Positions 18,822-28,970 are shown, numbered from the stretch's first letter. The stretch is 64,000 bases of DNA from Planctomycetia bacterium (GCA_005772955.1 SXID01000149.1:22594-86593), one strand, 5' to 3'. Numbers and translations are program-made. Notes: generated by a model from the letters alone, not told the origin.

Positions 18822-19748
18822 TCAGGTCGCGGCCTTCAAGGTGCGTTCGATGTACGTTCGGACCTCGTCCACGGCCACGCCGGTCGCGACCCTGGCGTTC
18901 GCCGCGGACGTGCGACCCGGTCGCGTGTCGATCACCGTCATGCCGCGAGTCAGGTCGCCTCGCGTCTCCACATCCACATAATGCGGCTCGCTGCTCACGC
19001 ACCCGGCGAGCGCGACCGCCACCACGCCGAGTACGTCCTTCAGGTGGAAGCCCTCGATGCCATACAGGTTGGAACTCGCGCGGATGCCGAACGGGACGAT
19101 CTTACGCAGGAACTGACACGTCCGCGAATCCGGGTTCGGCAGGTCGAGAAGGTCACGCGGGGAGAAGATCAACTTGCGCGTGGAATCGAGCGTAATGAGC
19201 AGCGGGTTCAGGTCGGCGGCAAGAACACGCCTGGCCGCGTCCGGGTCGAGGCGCATGTGGAATTCGGCGACCGCCCCGGCGTTGCCGGGTTCGCGCCAGC
19301 ACCCGCCGATGATTACCGTCTGGTCGAGAATCGCTGGCAGAACTGGGTCGCGGTCGAGCGCGGCGGCGAGCGTCGTGAGCGGACCGAGGTTGATCACCGT
19401 AACTTGTCGCGGGTACTCGTGAGCCAGTTCGCAGAGCAACTTGTCGGCCAGGTGAAGCGTGTGCCGCGTCGCCGACGGGAACGTTACGCCGCCCAATCCG
19501 CCGGGGCCGTGAAGCGAGGTGCCGTCGGAGTCGTAACGCACCGGCAGCGCGGCCCCGAGTTTGGGCCACTTGGGTGGGTCGATGACATCGATGAGCGTGT
19601 GAACGTTGGCGGTCGCCTGTTCCGCGGACACGTTCCCGGCGGTGGGCAGCACGCCGACCACTTCGAGGTTCGGATCGTTAAGTGCGAGCGCCACCGCGAA
19701 CGCCGTGTCGATGCCCGGATCGGCGACGAGGATTACCTTTCGTGGCAT
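18822..19748 (-). CDS. Nucleoside hydrolase (IU-NH) family protein with a degenerate Asp motif
   Basis: ADPGIDT, GNV, LGPLTTLA, MGG-like IIGG...GNA..VAEF, VETRGDLTRGMTVID. Confidence 0.85.
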   Translation of the reverse strand: MPRKVILVADPGIDTAFAVALALNDPNLEVVGVLPTAGNVSAEQATANVHTLIDVIDPPKWPKLGAALPVRYDSDGTSLHGPGGLGGVTFPSATRHTLHLADKLLCELAHEYPRQVTVINLGPLTTLAAALDRDPVLPAILDQTVIIGGCWREPGNAGAVAEFHMRLDPDAARRVLAADLNPLLITLDSTRKLIFSPRDLLDLPNPDSRTCQFLRKIVPFGIRASSNLYGIEGFHLKDVLGVVAVALAGCVSSEPHYVDVETRGDLTRGMTVIDTRPGRTSAANARVATGVAVDEVRTYIERTLKAAT

Positions 19749-19886
19749 GTTGTCGGTTCCCCGCTAGGGAAAGGCGAGAGGCGAACCGCAGGCGAAACGT
19801 CGGTGAATTGTACCCACACGCCACCACAACGCGAAACCTGTTTGTTAGGAACGGGTCGGGAATAAGTTCTTGGTTATGGTGAGCGT

Positions 19887-20017
19887 GCAAAAGCCACCCC
19901 TCTCCCCGAAGCGGGGCGAGGTGAAAAACCCGACCCGCAGGCTCTTCACCTCTCCCCGTGAAGCACGGGGAGAGGTCGCCACGAAGTCGCGCTTCGCGAC
20001 TTGCGGTGGGTGAGGGG
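19887..20017. repeat. CCCTCTCCCC...GGGGAGAGG hairpin cluster (related palindromic family)
   Basis: CCCCTCTCCCCGAAGCGGGGCGAGG and CACCTCTCCCCGTGAAGCACGGGGAGAGG in the trpD downstream spacer. Confidence 0.65.
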
Positions 20018-20054
20018 CCGCGCGACCAACCGAGATGCGATTCGCCCAGTCGCT

Positions 20055-21077
20055 TCACTTCGCCTTCAGCGCGTCCAGCACCGCGAGCGGCTTGCCCGCC
20101 TTCAACGCGGCTTCCGCTTTCTCCACGCCCTCGCGCAACGTGGATACCGCTTCCGCGGCCCACAGAGCTGCCGCCGCGTTCGCCACCACGATGCGCCGCG
20201 CCGGGCCGTCGTCGCCGTTCAGCACCCCGCGAATGATCGCGGCGCTTTCGATGGAATCCTTCGCGCGAATCTCGGAAGTCAAGACAGAGGAAAGGCCGAA
20301 CTCCGACGGGTTCCACTCGCGGGTTTCGTACGTGTTGCCCCGCACGACCCGCACCATCGTCGGGGCCGCCAAACTCACTTCGTCCAGCCCGTCGCGGCTA
20401 CACACCAGAACCGCTTGCCGAATCCCCAAATGCGCGAGCGCCGCTGCAAGAGGGTCCAACAACTCAGCTTTGCCCACACCAAGAAGTTGGTACGGTGCGT
20501 TGGCCGGGTTCGCGAGCGGACCCAACAGGTTGAACAGCGTGCGAACACCGAGCTTCTTTCGGAGATCAGCAACGTGAGCCATGCCGCGGTGAAAGTGCGG
20601 GGCGAAACAGAACGCGAACCCGGTGCGGTCGAGGCACTTTTGCGCCCACTCCGGGCCGGCGTCGATCGGAACGCCGAGTTCGCGCAGCACGTCCGCGCTG
20701 CCGGACTTGCTCGACACCGCACGACCGCCGTGCTTCACAACCGGTACACCGGCACCGCACGCGACCAGCGCTGCCGCGGTGCTGATGTTGAAGGTGCCGC
20801 TGTCATCGCCGCCAGTGCCGCAGGTGTCCAGCACCTGCCCGGACACGGGCACAAGGCAAATCATTTGTTCGCGCAACACGAGGGCCGCCGCCGCGACTTC
20901 TTCGGCGGTTTCGCCCTTCATGCGAAGCGCGGTCAGGAACGCGGCGCCGCGAGCGTCGTCCACGCGCCCTGCGACGAGGTCGCGCACTGCCTCCGTGACC
21001 CCTGCCGCGGACAGGTCTTGCCCGGCCAGCAGAGCCGCGAACAGGTCGGGAAACCAGGCTGGGGTCGGTAACTCCAA
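20055..21077 (-). CDS. trpD: Anthranilate phosphoribosyltransferase
   Basis: DTCGTGGD..GTFNIST, KHGGRAVSSKSGSAD, RTLFNLLGPLANP, GLDE. Confidence 0.97.
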   Translation of the reverse strand: MELPTPAWFPDLFAALLAGQDLSAAGVTEAVRDLVAGRVDDARGAAFLTALRMKGETAEEVAAAALVLREQMICLVPVSGQVLDTCGTGGDDSGTFNISTAAALVACGAGVPVVKHGGRAVSSKSGSADVLRELGVPIDAGPEWAQKCLDRTGFAFCFAPHFHRGMAHVADLRKKLGVRTLFNLLGPLANPANAPYQLLGVGKAELLDPLAAALAHLGIRQAVLVCSRDGLDEVSLAAPTMVRVVRGNTYETREWNPSEFGLSSVLTSEIRAKDSIESAAIIRGVLNGDDGPARRIVVANAAAALWAAEAVSTLREGVEKAEAALKAGKPLAVLDALKAK

Positions 21078-21353
21078 GCGACGCGCCCTCGTGGGACAAA
21101 GGAGAGATGAAAGACCGGACTACTTCGCGAAATGGTATCGCGCAAGGTCGGAAACCCCAATTTTTCTCTTCCGTTGTGAACAGTTGTTACTTATACTTCC
21201 ATACAGAAGTGGACAGGCGTAACGATTGTGTCAACAAGGAAGTTTACACAGGAGACGCACACAATGACGCCGTTCACCACAACCAACCCGACAGACGCGG
21301 ACGCTCCTTCTGGGGGAACCGTCTGTCTGCCTTTCATCCCACCGGAGCCAATC

Positions 21354-21983
21354 ATGCCTGACCGTGTCCCATTGACCGACCGGCAAGAGGCGATCTACAA
21401 CTTCATTCGCAAACACATCGAGGAAAAAGGCTTTCCGCCCGCGATCCGCGACATCTGCTTCGAGTTCGGCATCTCGTCCCCGAATGGCGTGATGTGCCAC
21501 CTGAAGGCGCTGCAGTCAAAGGGATACATCAATCGCGTGCAGAAAGGCGAGAACTCGCTAAAGGCACAGGCACGGGGGATCACAATTCCCGGCGTCACGT
21601 CCGGCGGGTTCAGCCTGCCCCTCGTCGGTGTGGTTGCCGCCGGCAAAGCCATCGAATCGGCCGAAGACGACGAGCGCCTCGAAATGCGTGAGCTGTTCGG
21701 CAGCGACGATTTGTTCGTGGTGAAGGTGCGCGGCACGTCTATGATCGACGGCCACATCGCAGACGGCGACTTCGTGGTGATCCGCAAGTCGGAGACGTGC
21801 GAGAACGGCGAGAAGGTGATCGCAATGGTCGAGAAAGCGATGACGCTCAAGAAGTATTACAAGAAGAAGAACGAGATCCAACTCCACCCGATGAACAGCA
21901 CGATGGAACCGATCATCGTGGACCCGACCCGCGAGGACATCCGCATCCTCGGTATCCTGGCCGGCGTCATCCGCAAGTGCTGA
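21354..21983 (+). CDS. lexA: SOS repressor LexA
   Basis: LTDRQ..IYNFI...GFPPAIRDI wHTH; VAAG cleavage site; GTSM serine; TLKK lysine. Start could be upstream (21228 or 21264). Confidence 0.95.
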   Translation: MPDRVPLTDRQEAIYNFIRKHIEEKGFPPAIRDICFEFGISSPNGVMCHLKALQSKGYINRVQKGENSLKAQARGITIPGVTSGGFSLPLVGVVAAGKAIESAEDDERLEMRELFGSDDLFVVKVRGTSMIDGHIADGDFVVIRKSETCENGEKVIAMVEKAMTLKKYYKKKNEIQLHPMNSTMEPIIVDPTREDIRILGILAGVIRKC

Positions 21984-21992
21984 CCCACGATC

Positions 21993-22045
21993 CGAGCCGC
22001 TTGCGGCTTCGCGAGTCTATTGCTCGCGAAGCCGCAAGCGGCTCG
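21993..22045. repeat. GCCGC-family REP-like hairpin (23-bp perfect stem), probable bidirectional terminator
   Basis: CGAGCCGCTTGCGGCTTCGCGAG / CTCGCGAAGCCGCAAGCGGCTCG; relatives at 16079-16125, 28855-28913 and 41040-41102. Confidence 0.85.
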
Positions 22046-22057
22046 TTCATTTTCCCC

Positions 22058-23395
22058 TCAAGGTGCGGGAGTCGGGGCCGGCATTCGCGGCGGGAACCGC
22101 AGCTCGGTCGCGTCGCTTCGCACGACCCCCGACCAGAGCGGCGGTGCGTCGGGCGAGCGGCGCACCGACTTCTCCTCTTGAAGCTTTTGCATCCGATCAC
22201 CCCAACGCGGGAGTTCGATGCGATTCGCCGTCACCAGAACCGAAACGCGAGCCGCTCCGCTCGCGCCGACGTGCTCGCGCCAGTCGGTCGGCAAGCGCGC
22301 TTCGATCGTCAGCGGCGTGACCAGAGCCGTGTCCCGCTCCAGTGCCTTGAGTTTCCGGTCGGCCGATTGCCGCCCCCGCTCCGCGTCGGCAGGCGTTTCA
22401 ATCTGAAGATGCAGTCGCGGCACCTCCTCGAAGCACACACGCTCGTAAGGCAGCACGGCGCGGAGCGTGACCACAACGCGATCACCGTCGCGGTACGGCT
22501 TCCACTCCACCCACGCTTCCACCAGTTTGTCGGCCTTGCCAACGGTGTGCAGATCGGGGACGAACGTGCCGTGTTGCCCGACCGCGAGCGCCGCGGCGAA
22601 GTCGTCGGTGTCCACGTGAGCCAGTTCGCAGTCGCGCCACCGGAACGGTTCGCCGACCGTGTCCGGGCGCTCCTCTTCTGCTTCCCCGAATTCCGGATCG
22701 ATGTGATAGAAGTGCAGCGCGGGGCGGTTCGGGAGCTTCGCACTCTTCGCGCCAGCGTGCTCTCGAACCGTGAACGCCACCGGCGCGGAACACAGATTGC
22801 CGTAGCGCCAATCCACCTCGTAATCGCCCGGCGGCAGCACGCGACCCGCGAGCCGGTTCAGGTCGCCCGACACACAGTAGAAACCATCCGCGGGCACGTC
22901 CACGAGCGAACCGCCGCCGCAGTGCGTTGACGAACTCCGAAGCTGAATCACCGACTTGCCGGTCGCACGGTCGCGGATGTCGTACTGGCACGAGCCGCCA
23001 CGCAGCGTCGGCGTTGGCTCACACATATCGATCCGCGACCGCAGACCGAGCACCGAGCCGCGGTTGTTGCGAAGCACGAAGTACGCGGGCATCGGTTCGC
23101 CCTCGCGGAACTTTGTCCACGACATGTGAGTGGCCACGTCGTAACGGTTCGCCGGGCGCACCTTCACGGGGCCGTCGATCCGCCGTTTAACGACGTCTTC
23201 GACTTCCTTCTCCGCCTTCTCTTCACGGAACTTGTCGCCATCCTTCACCAGGCGCGAATCGAACTTGACCTTCTCCAGATCGGCGTGCGTGAGCAACCCG
23301 TTGGTGCCGAACTCGGTGCGCCCGCCGGGCGGCACGGGGGCCGCGACCGCCGCAGGCAGCAGAGCGAACGCCAGGAGTGGGAGAAGGCGAAGCAT
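22058..23395 (-). CDS. Hypothetical secreted protein
   Basis: Signal peptide followed by APVP (common planctomycete N-terminus); 445-aa ORF. Confidence 0.7.
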   Translation of the reverse strand: MLRLLPLLAFALLPAAVAAPVPPGGRTEFGTNGLLTHADLEKVKFDSRLVKDGDKFREEKAEKEVEDVVKRRIDGPVKVRPANRYDVATHMSWTKFREGEPMPAYFVLRNNRGSVLGLRSRIDMCEPTPTLRGGSCQYDIRDRATGKSVIQLRSSSTHCGGGSLVDVPADGFYCVSGDLNRLAGRVLPPGDYEVDWRYGNLCSAPVAFTVREHAGAKSAKLPNRPALHFYHIDPEFGEAEEERPDTVGEPFRWRDCELAHVDTDDFAAALAVGQHGTFVPDLHTVGKADKLVEAWVEWKPYRDGDRVVVTLRAVLPYERVCFEEVPRLHLQIETPADAERGRQSADRKLKALERDTALVTPLTIEARLPTDWREHVGASGAARVSVLVTANRIELPRWGDRMQKLQEEKSVRRSPDAPPLWSGVVRSDATELRFPPRMPAPTPAP

Positions 23396-23417
23396 GGGCA
23401 GACCCCTGGTTAGTTAG

Positions 23418-23469
23418 CCACAAGCTGAAGGCAAGCGCGAACGTTCGCGCTCGCCTTCAGCTTGTGGCG
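23418..23469. terminator. 16-bp stem hairpin downstream of the S46 peptidase
   Basis: GCCACAAGCTGAAGGC ... GCCTTCAGCTTGTGGC. Confidence 0.6.
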
Positions 23470-23481
23470 AACCAACGAACA

Positions 23482-25602
23482 TCACTTCCCCGTTAGTTCT
23501 TTGACGAGCGGCGCGGCCGGATACAACTTACGAAGCGCCTCCAATACCGCTTTCGAGTGAACCGCGATGTGCCGCGCCTGCACATCCGTGTACACGAAGT
23601 TCCGCACCAGGCCGTGCCGGTTGCGGTCGAAGTTGATCCCGACCAGTTCGCCCGCGCGGTTCAACACCGGGCTGCCGCTGTTGCCGCCGATGGTGTCCGC
23701 GGTGCTCACGAAATTGAACGGCGTCTTCAGGTCGAGCTTATCCTTTCCGTCGAGCCACCGCCTGGGCAGGTCAAAAGGTTCTTTTCCGTCGAGGCGCGCG
23801 GCCTTCTCGAACGCCTCGCCGAACGTGGTGTGGAAGTTCAACTTCTCGCCGCCAACCTCGTACCCCTGCACGGTGCCGAACGCGAGGCGCAGCGTGAACG
23901 TCGCGTCCGGCGCGACCGTGTTGCCGTAGGTCAGGAACCGCACGCCGGAGAGGGCAGCGTAACCCTGGCGTTCGGGTTCTTCCACTTCGGTTTCGTACTG
24001 CGTGCGCAGCTTGCGTGCCTCGGCATCAATCGCCTTCGCGAGCAGAATCATGGGGTCATTGCTCGCGTCGATCGCTTCTTTTGAGCCTTCGACGAGCTTC
24101 TTCCGCTCCGCCGGGTCAAAGAGTTTCGTCCCCGCGATCAGTTCCTCGGCGCGCGTTGCCGGGTTCTTCCCACCGAGAACGAGCCGCACCAGCGGATGTT
24201 CGCCGCCGAGGTTCTCCGCCAAGAACGTTAGCGACGTCGCTAGCTTCGCGCGCTCCAGTTCCGGGTACATCGGGGCCGGGCTGTAGAGCTGGTACTTGAG
24301 CGATTCGAGGTTGCTGTCGCGGTACTCGCGCAGGCGGTCCGCAGGCTTCTTGGGCAGTTCATCGCCCATGCGGACACAGTGCCTGGCAGTGCCGAACAGC
24401 GGCGTGTAAAACGCGTGCCCGAGTTCGAGCAGGTTGTATTCCTTCTCGAACCCGCGAAGCCTGCGTTGCACGCCTTCGATCTTCGCGAGCGCGTCGAGCG
24501 TGTCGTCGAACGCGGAGAGCCACTTCGGATCGACCGGGCCGGGAATCATCGACGCGCGCTGTTTGTACGCGGCCGCGCTCTCGATGAGTTGCCGCTCGGA
24601 CTTGTTCTTCTGCTCGATCACGATGGGGTCGAGCAACCCCTGGAGTTGTCCGCTGAACGCCTTGCGCGCATTGGCGACGCTGTGCAGGTCGGTCGCGGCC
24701 TGCCGCCGCTTCTCGCCGCTCTGCTCGCTGTACTGAATGAGCGCGGCTTCGAGCGTGCGCAACCGGTACAGCGTATACGGCAGCGTGTGGTCGCGGCGGT
24801 GCTTCAGGCGCGCGAGCGTTTCGAGCCGCTGCGTCGTGCCGGGGTGCCCCGTTACGAACACGAGGTCACCGCCAAGCGGGCCAGTCTCGCTCCACTTGAA
24901 GAAGTTGGGCGTCTTCGCCGGCTTGTCGTTCTCGTACGCGCGGAAAAACGCGACGTCGAGGTTCATTCGCGGGTACTCGAAGTTGTCCACGTCACCGCCG
25001 AAGCTCGCGGCCTGCCGCTCTGGGGCGAACACGAGCCGCACGTCGGTAAACTTCTTGTACAGGTACAGGTGGTACAGCCCGCCGTTGTAGAGCGTGACCA
25101 CGTCCGACCGCAGCCCGGTCTTGTCGAGCGATTCCTTCTCGATCTTGCCCATCACGGTGCGCCGCGCCGCGAACGCCTCGCCCGCCGACATGCCCGGCTT
25201 CACGGCCGCGTTCACCTCCTTTGTCACGTCAGTGATTTCTTGGAGTACGTTGATCTCTTGATCAGGGCACTTCAATTCCTTGTCGCGCGCGTCTGCGTAG
25301 AATCCGTCGCGCAGAAGGTCTTGCCCCGACTTACTCAACTTCTGAAGCGAATCGGCCGCGACGTGGTGGTTCGTCACGAACAGCCCGTCCGCGGACACGA
25401 ACCCGCCGGACCCGCCGCTGTTGAGCCGCACCGAGCCGAGCATCGCGTTCTTCGCCCACGTGTCGGTGAGTTCAAACTTGTGCTTGTCCTTGAGGAGTTG
25501 CTTGGGCGGGTCACTGAGCAGCCACATGCCTTCGTCCGAAACCGCCGTCATGGTCCAAACTCCGACGAACACGAGGGCGAGAACAAAGTGTTGATATCGC
25601 AT
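23482..25602 (-). CDS. S46-family dipeptidyl peptidase
   Basis: DEGMWL N-terminus, TNHHV, GGDVDNFEYPR, DTIGGNSGSPV, INFD. Confidence 0.93.
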   Translation of the reverse strand: MRYQHFVLALVFVGVWTMTAVSDEGMWLLSDPPKQLLKDKHKFELTDTWAKNAMLGSVRLNSGGSGGFVSADGLFVTNHHVAADSLQKLSKSGQDLLRDGFYADARDKELKCPDQEINVLQEITDVTKEVNAAVKPGMSAGEAFAARRTVMGKIEKESLDKTGLRSDVVTLYNGGLYHLYLYKKFTDVRLVFAPERQAASFGGDVDNFEYPRMNLDVAFFRAYENDKPAKTPNFFKWSETGPLGGDLVFVTGHPGTTQRLETLARLKHRRDHTLPYTLYRLRTLEAALIQYSEQSGEKRRQAATDLHSVANARKAFSGQLQGLLDPIVIEQKNKSERQLIESAAAYKQRASMIPGPVDPKWLSAFDDTLDALAKIEGVQRRLRGFEKEYNLLELGHAFYTPLFGTARHCVRMGDELPKKPADRLREYRDSNLESLKYQLYSPAPMYPELERAKLATSLTFLAENLGGEHPLVRLVLGGKNPATRAEELIAGTKLFDPAERKKLVEGSKEAIDASNDPMILLAKAIDAEARKLRTQYETEVEEPERQGYAALSGVRFLTYGNTVAPDATFTLRLAFGTVQGYEVGGEKLNFHTTFGEAFEKAARLDGKEPFDLPRRWLDGKDKLDLKTPFNFVSTADTIGGNSGSPVLNRAGELVGINFDRNRHGLVRNFVYTDVQARHIAVHSKAVLEALRKLYPAAPLVKELTGK

Positions 25603-25693
25603 GGTGTGAACCTGATGATGGTACACGACCCCTGCGGGGTCGCCGCAAAACGTCGTGGTATTTCAGTTGTACCTGTTTCGTTGTGGTGCCGCC

Positions 25694-27433
25694 ATGCGCT
25701 GCCTCTCCTTGTTACTTCTCCTCGTCGTTCCAACTCTCGCGCTCGCTCAACCAAAGGAGCCGTCGAAGGAACTCCCGAAGGTGCTGCTGCTCGGTGATTC
25801 GATTCGCCTCGGCTACGCACCGTTCGTCGCGAAGAAACTGGAAGGCATCGCGGATGTCATCAGCCCGAAAGACAACGGCGGCGACACCGCCAACACACTC
25901 AAGATGCTCGACAAGTGGCTCGAAGCCGGCAAGCCGGTGGTCGTTCACATCAACTGCGGGTTGCACGACCTGAAGTTCGGCAAGAAGACGAACGCCTTCC
26001 AGGTGCCGCCCGACGACTACGCGAAGAACCTGAAAGCCATCGTCGAGCGCCTGCGCAAGGAAACGCTCCACGTGATGTTCGCGACGACGACACCGATCCT
26101 CGACGACCGGCACGCGGGGCGCAAAGCCGACTTCGACCGCTTCGACAAGGACGTGAAAGCGTACAACGAGCGCGCGGTGAAGATGATGCTCGAACTCGGC
26201 GTGCCCGTCGACGACCTGTACCGCGTCGTGCAAGACGGCGGCCCGGCGGAACTGCTCGGCAAGGACGGCACGCACTACACGCTGGCCGGTTACGAGCGCC
26301 TCGCGGACGCAGTCACCGATTGCGTAAAACGTCAACTCAAACTGCGCGCGCCCACCGTGCTGAAGACACCCGCGAGCGGCCCCGACGCGTTGAAGGCGTA
26401 CACCGACGCCGAGACCGCGAACGACAAACTCGTGCCGGAAGCGTTCAAGAAGATGAAGGTGCCGGAGTTCGCGGTGCCAGCCACGAAAGCCGATTGGGAC
26501 AAGGCGCGGTCCGACGTGAAGGCGAAAGTGGTCGCGACGCTCGGCGACCTCCCGGCCCGCCCCGCGAAACCGAAGGCACATCTGGTGTCCGCCGAGATAC
26601 GCAACGGCTACCGGCTCGAACGACTCCGCATCGACAACGACGTGGACGGCGTCATGTCCGCGCTGATGCTCATCCCCGACGGCGTGAAGTCACCGGCGCC
26701 GACCATTCTCTGGCTCCACTCATCGAGCTACGATCACCACCAACTGCTGCAACCGAACTCGAACGGCGGCGACGAACCGCTGGCTGTGACGTTCGCTAAA
26801 AAGGGCTGGGTCGTGTTCGCGCCGGACGCCGCGTGGTACGGCGACCGCGCCGGGCAAGGCCCGGCCGGTGCGCGCGAAACCACTCGCGAGCAGCAAGACA
26901 GCCTACACCGGTATCACCTCTGGTTCGGGCGCACGCTGTGGGGGATGTTCGTGCGCGACGATCAGGTCGCGCTCGACTACCTCTGCACACGCCCGGAGGT
27001 CGATACGAAGAAGATCGGCGCAACGGGGATGAGCATGGGCAGCACGCGGGCGTGGTGGCTCGCGGCCGTCGATGATCGCATCGCGTGCATGGTCGGGGTC
27101 GCGTGTCTGACGCGATACGAACACCTGTTGAAGCACGGGCAACTCAGGCAGCACGGTAACTACTACTTCGTGAACGGGCTGTTGAAGCACTTCGACACGG
27201 AAGCGGTAGTATCGCTGATCGCGCCGCGCCCGACGCTGTTCCTGACGGGCGATCTCGACGCCGGCAGCCCCGCCGACGGCATCAAGGTGATCGAGGCGAA
27301 GGCGGGTAGTTTGTTCAAGGCGGTCAGCGCGGCGGAGAAATTCAAGAGCATCCGCTACCCAGACGTCGGACACACCTACACGCCGGAGATGCGCAAGGAG
27401 ATGCTCGCGTGGTTCGAGAAGTGGCTGAAATGA
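25694..27433 (+). CDS. Secreted SGNH/GDSL hydrolase fused to an alpha/beta-hydrolase
   Basis: GDSI, NCGLHD and DGTH (SGNH blocks); GMSMG nucleophile elbow, D and GH of the second triad. Confidence 0.85.
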   Translation: MRCLSLLLLLVVPTLALAQPKEPSKELPKVLLLGDSIRLGYAPFVAKKLEGIADVISPKDNGGDTANTLKMLDKWLEAGKPVVVHINCGLHDLKFGKKTNAFQVPPDDYAKNLKAIVERLRKETLHVMFATTTPILDDRHAGRKADFDRFDKDVKAYNERAVKMMLELGVPVDDLYRVVQDGGPAELLGKDGTHYTLAGYERLADAVTDCVKRQLKLRAPTVLKTPASGPDALKAYTDAETANDKLVPEAFKKMKVPEFAVPATKADWDKARSDVKAKVVATLGDLPARPAKPKAHLVSAEIRNGYRLERLRIDNDVDGVMSALMLIPDGVKSPAPTILWLHSSSYDHHQLLQPNSNGGDEPLAVTFAKKGWVVFAPDAAWYGDRAGQGPAGARETTREQQDSLHRYHLWFGRTLWGMFVRDDQVALDYLCTRPEVDTKKIGATGMSMGSTRAWWLAAVDDRIACMVGVACLTRYEHLLKHGQLRQHGNYYFVNGLLKHFDTEAVVSLIAPRPTLFLTGDLDAGSPADGIKVIEAKAGSLFKAVSAAEKFKSIRYPDVGHTYTPEMRKEMLAWFEKWLK

Positions 27434-27461
27434 GCGGCGTTAGCGATCGCCTTCGGCGCGG

Positions 27462-27866
27462 CTAACGCTCGATTCCCAACTCGTTCAGAAGTTCGCGCAC
27501 CTTCGCACCGATAAGGTCACGGACCTTGCGGAACTCTTCGGGCGACATCTCGCGCGGGTCGGGAATCTGCCAGTCGCGGCGGCGGGCGGCATTCACCAGA
27601 GGGCACGCGTCTCCGCAACCCATTGTCACAGCCGCGTCGATCTCCGTGCCGTTGAAATCGTCCAGCCCCTTCGACGCGTGCGAAGTGAGGTCGTAACCGA
27701 GTTCGGCCATCGCCGCGATCGCCTTCGGGTTCACCTTCCCGCTCGGCCGGCTTCCCGCGGACAGCGACTCCACCGCCTCGCCGCCGTACATCGCGGCGAA
27801 CGCCTGCGCCATCTGACTGCGGTTACTGTTCTCCACGCACACGAACAGCACGCGAACCTTGCCCAT
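27462..27866 (-). CDS. arsC: Arsenate reductase / low-molecular-weight PTP family
   Basis: FVCVENSNRSQMA, SAGS, TMGCGDACP, W.IPDP. Confidence 0.8.
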   Translation of the reverse strand: MGKVRVLFVCVENSNRSQMAQAFAAMYGGEAVESLSAGSRPSGKVNPKAIAAMAELGYDLTSHASKGLDDFNGTEIDAAVTMGCGDACPLVNAARRRDWQIPDPREMSPEEFRKVRDLIGAKVRELLNELGIER

Positions 27867-27883
27867 GATTTGGCTCCTCTTTC

Positions 27884-28717
27884 TCACTCTTCTTCCGGTC
27901 GGGTGCGATTGCCCCAGTGTTCCGGCACGTCGCCTTTCACAATCACGCCCTTGTCAGCCCAGCCCATGTACGCGCGAACGTCGCCCGTGGTGAACCGGAG
28001 CGTTAGCCCGCAGCGGCGGCGGTTGCTGGTGTTCGCATCGGACCCATGAAGCAGCAAGTCGGAGTGCAGCGACGCTTCGCCGGCCTTCAGTTCGACGTAC
28101 ACCGGTGCGCCGTACTTCTCCACTTCGGGCACGGTCTGGTTCAGGATGTTGCTCTCGTCGGTCTCACTCAGATTGTAGGTGAGGTGGCCGAGCCCCTGCG
28201 TGCCGGGGATGTACTTCATGCACGCGTTGCCGCGGTCCGCGTCGTCGATCGCCAGCCACACGGTCACAGCCTTCGATGGCGTGAGCGGCCAGTAACTTGC
28301 GTCCTGGTGCCAGCTCACCGTCTTGCCGTCCTTCGGCATTTTGCAGAAGAAGTGCGACCCCCACGCGACCACACTTTCGCCCAACAGGTCCGACACGATG
28401 GACACAATGCGCGGGTTCGTAAGCACGTCCCACACGCGACCGTGCCGCAGGTGCGCGGAACTGATGGAATAGCTGTCTTTGCCTTCCGACATGTACCTGG
28501 CGAGGAGGTTATCGAAGTATGTTCGTAGCCCCGCAATCTCACTCTCGGTGAAGATGCGAAGCGGCAGAATGTAGCCATCGCGGTTGAACGCCGCGATCTG
28601 TTCGCGCGTGAGCACCTTCGGGTTCGTATTCGTGCCTGGGTGAAACAACAGGTCTCGCGGGATCTGCTGCAACTCGTCCTGACCGGGGATCGGCTGAAAG
28701 ATGTTCGGGGCGGCCAT
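27884..28717 (-). CDS. Phytanoyl-CoA dioxygenase (PhyH) family Fe/2OG enzyme
   Basis: WHQD, VWLAIDDA..GN.CM..IPG, LLHGS..N.S.RRR. Confidence 0.9.
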   Translation of the reverse strand: MAAPNIFQPIPGQDELQQIPRDLLFHPGTNTNPKVLTREQIAAFNRDGYILPLRIFTESEIAGLRTYFDNLLARYMSEGKDSYSISSAHLRHGRVWDVLTNPRIVSIVSDLLGESVVAWGSHFFCKMPKDGKTVSWHQDASYWPLTPSKAVTVWLAIDDADRGNACMKYIPGTQGLGHLTYNLSETDESNILNQTVPEVEKYGAPVYVELKAGEASLHSDLLLHGSDANTSNRRRCGLTLRFTTGDVRAYMGWADKGVIVKGDVPEHWGNRTRPEEE

Positions 28718-28818
28718 CGCGGGATCTCGGTGGGAGTAGTTCACAGAACTATTACGGCACTGGGCGCATCGCGTCTTGCGGCTAGACTCGCGGCGTCCCT
28801 GCGATGAGCGTATGACGG

Positions 28819-28970
28819 ACCTACCCCCGGCCCCATCCCGAAAGGGGAGTTTGAAGCCGCTCGCGGCTTCGCGAGTTTCCTCTTTCGCGTGACTCGCGAA
28901 GCCGCGAGCGGCTCCCAAGAGCGAATGTCTTTCCCCCCATCCCTTTAGTGACGGAGCCTGGGGGTAGGGT
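28819..28970. repeat. Composite repeat: degenerate ACCTACCCCC...GGGGTAGG palindromic element enclosing a GCCGC-family pair
   Basis: Outer ACCTACCCCCGGCCCCATCCCGAAAGGGGAG...CCCCCCATCCCTTTAG..GGGGTAGGGT; inner 22-bp IR at 28855-28876 / 28892-28913. Confidence 0.7.

Noticed and set aside
17694-19865. 723-aa plus-strand ORF, and similar long ORFs at 579, 20001, 24379 and 42612
   Set aside because: Antisense shadows of real high-GC genes with Arg/His-rich composition and no motifs.
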